The notes under the pieces are model-generated. The model did not search any database. It had not been told where the DNA came from and was given only the letters and a program-made list of their open reading frames with translations. From the human T2T-CHM13v2.0 reference genome, Homo sapiens: DNA of 64,000 bases. This document shows, in pieces, positions 1 to 15,921 of the stretch (the stretch's first letter is position 1; each line of letters opens with the position of its first letter). Location of the stretch: NCBI RefSeq assembly GCF_009914755.1, contig NC_060948.1, one strand, 5' to 3'. The translations under genes and the position numbers were made by a program.

Positions 1-1
1 T

Positions 2-567
<566 letters not shown>

Positions 568-665
568 TAGTTATTCAAACCTAGGGCTAAAAATGATGTG
601 GCTGCTGGGGTGACCTTTGGGGTAGGATCGGGAATTGGGGTGTAGCCCTCCTCCAGGCTCCATAG

Positions 666-1124
<459 letters not shown>

Positions 1125-1462
1125 TAGGCCATCAGAAAGCAAATGGGGAGAGGCTCGTGGGAATAGCGTGGGCCTCATGTAGTGTTTTGCTTTATGTGAA
1201 ATGGGGCAGCAAAAAACAGCTGTTCCCTCCACCCCCCAGGCTGGAAAATTTATCTCCAGTATTCATTCTGGTAAATGAATGCCTGTGTGTTAGTAAGAGG
1301 GGAAGGAGCTGCTAGTCCTTGAGGTCAGCTGAAACCTCCTTCAGAGCCTCCAGCCTGGCCTTGAGACCGGCTCACCACATGTGAGCAGCCAGGAGCCCCG
1401 CCAAGACCTGCTGTTGCCCCTCCTTCCTGCCCTGCCCCAGTGCCGGGGTCCTGTGGATGTAG

Positions 1463-1762
<300 letters not shown>

Positions 1763-1814
1763 TGTTGATTCTTATCTGGCTTTCATGGGACCACAGGGGC
1801 TCCTGAAAGTGTGA

Positions 1815-2655
<841 letters not shown>

Positions 2656-2965
2656 GGTGAATTTCATATAATACGTTTTATGTCATTGCAGTGAAAAACA
2701 ACACAATCCCGGCCCTCCTACGGCCCCCGCCTTCCCTCTGTGTCTGCGGTCTGTACCCTACGAACGCCTAGGACGCTAGACGGGATCCCTCCCCACGGAG
2801 CTATATAGGAAGGTGAACCCAGTCTGGGGTTCCTGAGCTGCTACGGCTCACTGCTTCCTTTCGGAAATTGGTGTATTGTCTTTGGAAAATGACTTCACAC
2901 AAACCTGCTCACAGATATACCCGGTCCCAGATATGCCTAAGTGAGCGGAGACTACCGTGTCCTGA

Positions 2966-3642
<677 letters not shown>

Positions 3643-3689
3643 TCTTTTTTTGTTTTTGAGACAAGGTCTGAAATAACAACTATCTGTAA

Positions 3690-3855
3690 AAAAAAAATAT
3701 ATATATATATATATGGTTTTAATGTTATATATATAAGGTTTTAATGTTATATATAAATGTTTTATATTTATATATGACATATATAACATTTTAATGCTAT
3801 ATACATATAATGTTTTAATGTTATATATACATACAAATATATAAATATATATATT
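3690..3855. repeat. AT-rich (TA)n low complexity
   Basis: Repeated ttttaatgttatatata and TA runs. Confidence 0.85.
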
Positions 3856-4299
3856 TTTAAACAGGGTCTTGCTCTGTCACCTGGGCTGGAGTACCCTGGT
3901 GTGATCACAGCTCACGGTTGCTTCGACCTCCTGGTCTCCAGCGATCCTCCTGTCTCAGCCTCCCCAAAATGCTGGGATTACAGGTGTGAGCCGCCGCTCC
4001 TGGCCAGCACCTTCTCTTATGCGGTACCTGGAAAGTCCCACATCATGCGAACGTCTCCACCAGGTACCCGGGAGGTGGCATTCGGGGAATGAGGGGGACC
4101 AGGGCTCAGAGCATCCCCAAAGTGGCTTCCTTGCCTCATAGGGTCACCCCCTTAGCCCAGAGCTGGAGGTGAGTGGGGGCGTGAAAGAGGCATCTTCCCT
4201 TCCAGAGGGCGGCAGTGGGGTTGAATGGATAACTTTAATCCTGACACACGTATTTCAGAAGACCTACCGCCAACTTTCCAGCTATGGGCAGCAGGTGTG

Positions 4300-5280
4300 A
4301 TGAACACACGGGCCCCGGTGAGGGCTGAATGGGCCCAGATGGCAGGGGCAGAGAGGTTTGCATTCATTTTAATGTTCTCAGAAACTAGGATAAGCACTGG
4401 CAGCGGATGGAATGAGGAGAGCTGCATATTCGGTGAACTGTGTTGAAAGCACAGGGTTTTCACGGAAAATAAATAATGTCCAATGCAGCTAAAATACCGT
4501 GCGCCACCCGTAAGCCGGCGTTTATCCAGAGCTCCGAGTGTCTGTGAGATTTTAAGGAAAAGAAAGGAAGCTGGAAAAAAAAATAATAATCCAAATGAAT
4601 CACAGACCAACGATCCCTAAAAGGTTTGCTTTAATAATTTTTTTTTTTTTTTTTTTGTGGCTGTGGAAGATGACTCGGATTCAAAATAATGAGGATGTTT
4701 ATGTCTGCAGTCTGTTCCTCTCTTGAAGATTCAATTCTAAATAATGCAGGTCTCCTAAATGCTAGCAAATAGTGTCATACACTCCTTTTCACAAAATAGC
4801 TTTGACTTTGGGGAAGGCAACTATCATTAACTGGGCACCGGCACCTTTAAGCAAAGGTTTCCTGGAATAACAGTCAGCTAAGGAAATATAATGAGAGCTA
4901 TTTCTTGCCCTTCCTGCTCGAAACCGTTGGCTGGAACTCAGCCTGCCCCTCAGCTGAAGCACGTCTGGTTTAAATTCATACGGCATAGATTTACAATTTT
5001 TAAACGACTGGATATGTATTTTTTTTTTTCTACGCTGTTTGCAGACCTGGTGGACACCTGTTGTTTCTGGTTAGGAAAGGAGGAGATAATTGGATACCAG
5101 AGAGAGCCTGACTTCTTGAGCCACCATTTAACCGGCTGATTTCAGCAATAAATTGGAGGGGGGCGGGGATGGGGAAAAAATAACACCCAAGAAACATTCA
5201 GACAGATTTGCAACCACAAAGTCTGTCTCCTTTATTATTTTAATTTTATTATTATTATTACTTTTGCTTTGTTTAACATA
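4300..5280. promoter_or_regulatory. Unique island, candidate conserved non-coding element
   Basis: About 1 kb free of recognisable repeats, with cattttaatg, atcattaac, gataattgg and caataaattgg motifs; function inferred only. Confidence 0.35.
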
Positions 5281-5374
5281 AAAACGATCTAGGCGAGTCC
5301 TTCTGGGCTGATGTGTATGTGCTTTTTCCTGCCTGGCTATACTGTAGCTTTATCTAAGGCAAATCGGAGTACGT

Positions 5375-6021
5375 GTAAATAAATTAGTTCAACCATTGTG
5401 GAAGACAGCGTGGCGATTCCTCAAGGATGTAGAACTAGAAATACCGTTTGACCCAGCCATCCCGTTACTGGGTATATACCCAAAGGATTATAAATCACTC
5501 TACCATAAAGACACATGCACACGTATGTTTATTGAGGCACTGTTCACAACAGCAAAGACTTGGAACCAACCCAAATGCCCATCAATGATAGACTGGATAC
5601 AGAGAATGTGGCACACAGACACCATGGAATACTATGCAGCCACGAAAAAGGATGGGTTCATGTCCTTTGCAGGGACATGGATGAAGCTGGAAACCATCAT
5701 TCTCAGCAAACTCGCACAGGAACAGAAAACCACACACCGCATGTTCTCACTCCTAAGTGGGAGCTGAACGATGAGAACACAGGGACGCAGGGAGGGGAAC
5801 ATCACACACCGGGGCCTGTCAGTGGGTTGCGGGCCAAGGAGTGGGATTGCATTAGGATGCTATCCTAATGCTAACAAATATCTAATCCATCCAGGGCTTA
5901 ACACCTAGATGACGGGTTAATGGGTGCAGCAAACCACCATGAAACATGCACACCTGCGTAACAAGCCTGCACATTCTGCACGTGTATCCCAGAACTTTAA
6001 GATAAAATGTAAAAAAAAAAA
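5375..6021 (+). mobile_element. 5'-truncated L1PA (ORF2 C-terminus, 3'UTR, A-tail)
   Basis: Translation [32 protein letters not shown]; L1 3'UTR and poly(A). Confidence 0.95.
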
Positions 6022-6316
6022 GTAAATTGTCTTAAACACACTTTTCCCTGTAGCGTATTAAAATGCGTCGGTTACTGCTTATTAAAAATGTAGGATTTTG
6101 AGGATCATTTTTTTTCCTCAAGCACAGAGAGGGCGTTGCTATATTTTCTGATCCAAACTGGGGTATTTTTGAAGGCGAGGAGGAATATCTCACTACCCAG
6201 GTACCCAGGAGCAAAGTGGCCGGGGCTCTGAGACGGCTTGGAGACCCGTTCCACAGACCTTCGTTTTGGGAGTGGCCGGTTTCCCACACTGTTGGGGTCG
6301 ATGGACAAATGCCTCA

Positions 6317-6900
<584 letters not shown>

Positions 6901-7079
6901 ACAAAACATTATAATAAATAAAGCAAAGATGATGACTCTGAACAGGGTTTTTGAGTTCTCAGAGATTCGGGGTTCTCCCAGCTGGACTGCACCCCAGTGA
7001 CCATTTTTAAGGCCCTGCCACGTGGACGAGGATCTGTATTCGGTTCTGCGTCTCATCCTGGACGGAGCTGTCAACATGC

Positions 7080-7500
7080 CAACATCCGTTTCACATTTCA
7101 GCCTTAACGACGCCTTTAAAACATGCACAAGTCGTTTTGTGCAAAAATAAAATAAGTACTCGAAAATGCATTCAATTATCCTTTTGTAAAATGAAATCGT
7201 GCCGGGGTTTTGACAGGTAAATAGATGGGTCTTATTACGCCGGGGATTACGGGTGGAGGTTATTTAGTATTCGTATTTTATGGTGGTGTTGGAGTCTGCA
7301 GAGGACTGGACGTCCTGTTGCTTCATTTCCAGCATCGATTCTTAGATAAGGGACCTCCTCTGAATAATTAATATACTCCTGGTGATAGATGATCCGCACG
7401 GTCTGGATATTAGGTTATCAATCACGACCCACTTGTTTTAACGTAATCCTATTGAACACGTGTCAGGAGCTGTTTACCCAGAGGTGACAGCTACACAGCA
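7080..7500. promoter_or_regulatory. Unique island, candidate conserved enhancer
   Basis: Dense TF-like motifs: tgacaggtaaat, ggattac, gaataattaata, taatcc, cacgtg, tgtttac. Confidence 0.4.
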
Positions 7501-7787
7501 CCCCCATTTCCAGCCAGAAAATCGTACCATTTCCTTTCCTTCGACTGCCGCTTCCCGACCCCTTTCCCCGTTTCCGGCCAGAAAATCGTACCATTTCCTT
7601 TCCTTAACCTGCCGCTTCCTGACACTTTCCCCCCAGTGTTTTAGTACAGATGGAGTTTCACCATGTTGGCCAGGCTGGTCTTCGATGGGTGACTTCAGGT
7701 GATCCGCCTGCTTCAGCCTCCCAAAGTGCTGGGATGACAGGCGTGAGCCACTGTGCCCGGCCTCCAGTGTTTTTCAAATTGTGGTAA

Positions 7788-8650
<863 letters not shown>

Positions 8651-9062
8651 CCACAGTGTTTATCTTTCTGTGTCTGGCTTCGTCACTGCTCCAAGACTCA
8701 CGTTTGTTGTAGCAAGCGCCAAATTTTCTTCCTTTTGGCTGGCTTATGAGGATTTTAGGAGGGACTTCAGTCTCCCAGTTTGTTATTTATTTTCTACGTG
8801 CTTTCTACGTCACGCGTTTCCTGTGTTTCTGTCCTCTTGTGTGTTTCATTGATTTATTTTTATTTTTGTAGACACGAAGTCTTGCTCTGTCACCCAGTGA
8901 GACTCCAACTCCTGGGCTCAAGCAATCCTCCTGCCTCAGCCTCCCGAGTAGCTGGGAGCACAGGCATGCACCACCACGCCTGGCTAATTTTTTTTTTTTT
9001 TTTTTTTTTGGTAGGGACAGGCTCCTGGGGAAGAGGGGGAAGGAAAGGAGTGGTCTTGGGCC

Positions 9063-10437
9063 CTGTATTGTAGGAGTTTCTGGGCTTCTAACAACAGCAA
9101 CTTGTTTTCTCCCAGTCCCGGTGTCCAGGAGTCTGAGATCAAGGTGTAGGCAGGACCACAGTCCCTCCAGAGGTTCTAGGGGAGGGTCCTTCCTGCCTCT
9201 CCCAGCTCCCGGGGGCTCCAGGCTTCCTGGGCTTGTGGCCGCGTCACTCCAGTCTCTGCCTCCGTTCTCCACGTGGCCTTCTTCTCTGTGTCTGTGTCTT
9301 CTCTTCTGTCTCTTACAAGGACACCTGCCATTGCATTTAGGGCCCAGCCTACTCCAGGATGACCTCATCTCAAACTTCTTGAGTTAACTGTGTCTGCAAA
9401 GACCCTATTTTCAAATAAGTTCTCATTCACAGATACTGGGAGCTTAAAACAACAGAAATTTATCCTCTCCCAGTCCTGCAGACCAGGAGTCTGAGATGAA
9501 GCGGTCTCAGGGCTGAGCTCCCTCCAGAGGCCCTAGGGGAGGGTCCTTCCTGCCTCTCCCAGCTCCTGGGGGCTCCAGGCTTCCTGGGCTTGTGGCCGCA
9601 TCACTCCAGTCTCTGCCTCTGTTCTCCACGTGGCCTTCTCCTCTGTGTCTGTGTCTCCTCTTCTGTCTCTTAGAAGGACACCTGTCAATGGATTTAGGAC
9701 TCACCTAATCCAGGATCATCTCATTTCGAAATCCTTGACTTAGTTACATCTGTAAAGACCTCATATCCGAATAAGATTCCATTCATGGGTTGAGGGAGTT
9801 AGGATGTAGACATAGCTTTTCGGGGAGACTATGGTTCAACCCATTCCGATTGTATCCAGTTCCTTCTGGAGGTTCTAGGGGAGGGTCCTTCCTGCCTCTC
9901 CCAGCTCCTGGGGGCTCCAGGCATCCCTGGGCTTGTGGCCGCCTCACTCCAGTCTCTGCCTCCGTCTCCACGTGGACTTCTCCTCTGTGTCTGTGTCTCC
10001 TCTTCTGTCTCTTAGAAAGTCACCTGTCATTGCATTTAGGGTCCACCCTCATTCATGATCATCTCATCTCAAGATCCTTCACTTAATCACATTTGCAGAG
10101 ACCCTATTTCCAAACGATATCTCATTCTAGGTTCTGGGCTTTAGGATGTGGACAGATCTTTCTGGGGGCCACTGTTCAATCCATTACAATTGTATCCACT
10201 TCCTTGTAGAGGTTCTAGGGCAGGATCCTTCCTGCCTCTCCCAGCTCCTGGGGGCTCCAGGTGTCCCTGGGCTTGTGGCCGCATCACTCCAGTCTCTGCC
10301 TCCGTCTCCACGTGGACTTCTCCTCTGTGTCTGTGTGTCCTCTTCTGTCTCTTACAAGGACACCTGTCATTGCATTTAGAGCTCACCTAATCCAGGATGA
10401 TCTCACCTCAAGATCCTCAACTTAATTACATCTGCAT
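9063..10437 (-). repeat. Tandem array of about 4 MLT1C-like (MaLR) LTR segments, unit ~340-360 bp
   Basis: tccttcctgcctctcccagctcc..ggctccagg..cttgtggccgc recurs in units starting near 9163, 9521, 9861 and 10201; resembles antisense MLT1B/C. Confidence 0.8.
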
Positions 10438-10779
10438 GTGTGAGTGGCTTCCCGGAGACACCCCTTTTCTCTCCCATTCCTTTTTCTTTTTCCCTACCAT
10501 GGAGGACGAGGACACGCACGCACGGGAACTCAAGTTTCACCCCGTGAGTATTTTAGGCGTGGGGCACTTTCAGCCCAGGTGTATGAAAATGGTCTCATTA
10601 AGGGGACTGCTCGGATGACACATCCAGTGAGGGTGGCATTGCCTGTGTGGCAGTTCAAAGAATCGGAGACAAGCTCTAGAGAGAGCGAGGACACACACAG
10701 GTGCACGCATCACACACACACACGTGCACACGCGGGCACGCACACACAGGTGCACACGGCCATCACCCCGGCCGCGTGA

Positions 10780-11100
10780 GAGTGTTGCTTATATCGAAAC
10801 CGTCTTCAGCCCAGAAGGTCACTCGTGGCAATAATGGTCTCGTTAGACACGCCATCCATCATTCAAATAATCGCAATTTAGAGCCCGCGTTTCATGCCGG
10901 GCTGGTTTAATCACCAGCAGCAGTTTGTGAAGGGCCTCATTCGCCTGGGATTCGGGGATATTGCGTGATTTAGCAGACGTGACCCCTGACCTCTGCGGGG
11001 GGCGGAGAGCCTGCCTTGGAGGCAAAAGCGGAACAGCGAGGGTGACTCACTCAGGGACAATTATTATGCTTAACAGCCTCACTGTCATCTTAGAAGGAAA
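10780..11100. promoter_or_regulatory. Unique CpG-containing island, candidate regulatory element
   Basis: caataatgg, aataatcgcaatttag, tttaatcac and acaattattatg motifs; non-repeat sequence. Confidence 0.3.
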
Positions 11101-11137
11101 AAGAGCCAAAAAAAAAAAAAAAATCCATAGGATGCTG

Positions 11138-11260
11138 AGCATTCCTTCCAGATCCTTCAGCATTCCTTCCAGATCCTTCAGCATTCCTTCCAGATCCTTC
11201 AGCATTCCTTCCAGATCCTTCAGCATTCCTTCCAGATCCTTCAGCATTCCTTCCAGATCC
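11138..11260. repeat. 21-bp minisatellite, about 6 perfect copies
   Basis: (agcattccttccagatccttc)n. Confidence 0.97.
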
Positions 11261-11590
11261 CAGTTTAGAAGAAGGCAGTGGGGTCGGTTTAAATGCACCC
11301 AGCGTGCTCCCGAAGATAATGTTTTTGTTTCTGTAGACGCGGTGGCAGCTTTCTGGCGATTTCTAGGCAATGTACAGGAGGAAAGAAAGAAGGAAGGGGA
11401 GGGCACGGAGAAGCTCCGGAAGGCTGGATGCTTGGGGAAGGAGGTCAGGAGGCAGGACCGGCCGGCCGCCCTCCAGACGTCCAGATGTCCAGACGTCCAG
11501 CCAGCCGGACACCGGTCTGCACCTGTCACAGGTGAGCAGCATTTGTTAGCGACGTCTGCACAGGCATCAGTTGGGTAAAGGATGTTCCCG

Positions 11591-12144
11591 TGTTGTACCT
11601 GGAGCGAGTTAGAGAAAACGCCACACTTTGAGACGAATTAAGAGTCCGTTTATTTAGCCGGCGGCCAAGAGACGGCTAACGCTCAAAGTTCTCTCGGCCC
11701 CGAAGAAGGGGCTAGATTTTTTTTTTATACTTTGGTTTAGAAAGGGGAGGGGGATCTAGCGAAAACCATTTTACAGAAATAAAGTAGGCAAAAAAGTTAA
11801 AAGGATAAATGGTTACAGGGAAGTAAACAGGTGCAGGGCCTTTAAGACTATTACAAGGTGATAGACGCAGGGCTTCGGGCGTTAGTAATCAGACGAATTC
11901 CTGGGAATTGCGGATATAGCTCGCCACAGTATCTTATCAGTTAATTGCATTCTTGGATGTGCTGGGAGTCAGCTTGCACGAGTTCAGTCCTTGAGGAAGG
12001 GGCTGCCAGTGAAAGAGCCATGATGGAGTCTGTCTGGTTCTCTTAGCTAAGGGTGAGTCCATTCAGGTGGAAACAAGGCTAGGTGATTGAAGGAAAAGGG
12101 AGAGTCTAAAAACAGGGTTAGTAAAAAGGAGGTTGGGCATTACA
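11591..12144 (-). mobile_element. Solo ERV1 LTR, LTR6A/LTR6B (HERV-S71)
   Basis: Minus strand runs TGTAATGCCCAACC...CAGGTACAACA with TG..CA termini, a TATA-like AAGTATAAAA and AATAAA; matches recalled LTR6B consensus. Confidence 0.85.
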
Positions 12145-12856
12145 GGTGAAACCCCGTCTGCCCGAGCCAGCAAACGCTGCTCACCCGTGACAGGTGCAGA
12201 CCCGGTCTCCGGCTGGTCCTGCCTCCTGGCCTCCTTCCCGAAGCATCCAGCCTTCCGGAGCACAGGCAGACGGGTACAGGATGGTCCCCAGGCCCTCATT
12301 CACTTGGAAGCAACAGGAGAAAATCCTCTATTGCATTTCTGCAGCCGTCCGCATTTCTGCGCACAGAGACGGTTAAATGCTTGTCATTTAACTTGTCATT
12401 CTCTCCATAACACAGTGTTCTATTTTTATTTCCATCGGTGCAAAGCTCATCACTCTCCGTCCCCTCCTGCCTGGGATGCTTGCAGCCCCCTTCCTGAGAC
12501 GGTGGCGATCCCCCAGTACCAGATTTTTGGTGATCCCAGGGGGCCACGGGCTGTGCCTGGCATCTCTCTCATGAAACATCTCTTTTTCTTGTGATCATTT
12601 AAAATTCATCCTCGCTCCAAAGAAGGTATCTGTGTAGCAGTGTTGCCTCCGTGAGCCGTCCTGATTTTTTTTTTCCGGTATTTCAAAGGGAGGTTAGGGG
12701 ATCGGGTTATTTTTGGTGAGAACAGCGGGAAACCAAGCCTTGACTTCTGGAGTCCCTGGGGTGCAGGAGAGGGGTCTCTGAGGACCATGGTGGGAAAATA
12801 ACTCATCCCTCCTTTGGTCATCTTTGGAGATGAGCTGAAACCAGGCGGGGCTCTAG

Positions 12857-13187
<331 letters not shown>

Positions 13188-13300
13188 CAAAGATGCCTTT
13201 TAATAAACAAGGTATTTGGGAGGCTGAAGAGGGTGGATGACCTGAGGTCAGGAGTTCGAGACCAGCCTGGGATGACAGGCGTGAGCCACCGCGCCCGGCC

Positions 13301-14213
13301 TCATGCCTCCTGTTTTTAGGACATACAGGGTAACTTCCTGCGTGGCTATGACATCTGTAAATGGTCCTGGTGCTGGTGGGAGTGTCTTTTAGCAGCAAAT
13401 GAATTACAGTTAGTGTAAGGTACAATTAGTGCGGTGAGGACAACCTGAGGTCACTTTCGTTGCCATCTTGGTTTTGGCGGGATTTGGCCGGCTTCTTCAC
13501 TGCGAGCTGTTTTATCAGCAACTCTTTATGACCTCTGTCTTGTGCCAACCTCCTATCTCAACCTGTAGGTTAGAATGCCTTAACCTGGGGAGGCCGAGGC
13601 AGGTGGATCACCTGAGGTTGGGAGTTCCAGATCAGCCTGACCAACATAGCGAGACCCCGTCTCTACTAAAAATACAAAATTAGCCAGGCGTGGAGGTGCA
13701 TGCCTGTAATCCCAGAACTTTCGGAGGCCAAGGCGGGCGGATCACCTGAGGTCGGGAGTTTGAGACCAGCCTGACCAACATGGCGAAACCCCGTCTCTAC
13801 TAAAAATACAAAATTAGCCGGGCGTGGAGGCTCGCACCTGCAATCCCAGAACTTTGGGAGGCCAAGGTGGGTGGATCACGAGGTCAGGAGTTCAAGACCA
13901 GCCTGGCCAGCACGGTGAAACCCCGTCTGTAATAAAAATACAAAAATTAGCCGGGCGTGTGGTGGCGCGTGCCTGTAATCCCAGCTACTCAGGAGGCTGA
14001 GGCAGGAGAATCGCTTGAACCCGGGAGGCGGAGCTTGCAGTGGAGCTGAGATTGCACCACTGCACTCTAGCCTGGGTGAGAGAGCGAGACTCTGTCTTAA
14101 AAAAAAGAAAAAAAAAAATCTGAACCTTCTGAGAATGCAGCCCAGAAGGTCTCAGCCTCATTTTACCCAGCCCCTGTTGAAAGTGGAGTTGCTTTACTTC
14201 CAACACCTCTGAC
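13301..14213 (-). mobile_element. MER41-family LTR (5' part), split by an Alu
   Basis: Minus strand starts TGTCAGAGGTGTTGGAA..GGGCTGGGTAAAATGAGGCTGAGACC and continues AGGTTAAGGCATTCTAA..CAGGAAGTTACCCT. Confidence 0.8.
13587..14118 (+). mobile_element. Alu with three tandem left monomers and one right monomer
   Basis: ggatcac..gaggt..ggagtt..accagcctg..taaaaatacaaaa occurs three times before the right arm. Confidence 0.88.
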
Positions 14214-14459
14214 ACTGCTGTTTGGGAATCTTCCGAATGATTAGAGAGTTATAGAAAGTTAAGGCGCCTTGATCCGGAGAAGCTGGTGCCGTCTCTCTCA
14301 TGGCGTCTGTGGGACAATTGTCCGGGAAGAGGGCGGCTCTGGGCACTCCGGGGGGCTGGAGGTGGGAGCTTCGTATCCTGGAGGTGGCTGTGTGTTTTGG
14401 AGACTCATTGTACCACATAAAACACCCTTAAATATCCTTGCCTTCCCCTGCTATTTTGT

Positions 14460-15851
<1,392 letters not shown>

Positions 15852-15921
15852 TAAGCTGTATGCCGGATGCATACGGCCGGCCTATAGTTTCTGCAAATCC
15901 AGAAAAGCTTACTGCAACTGC

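Noticed and set aside
13301-14213. MER41 as an interferon/STAT1 enhancer
   Set aside because: The element is truncated and Alu-split, and I see no tandem TTCCGGGAA-type GAS motifs in the retained part.
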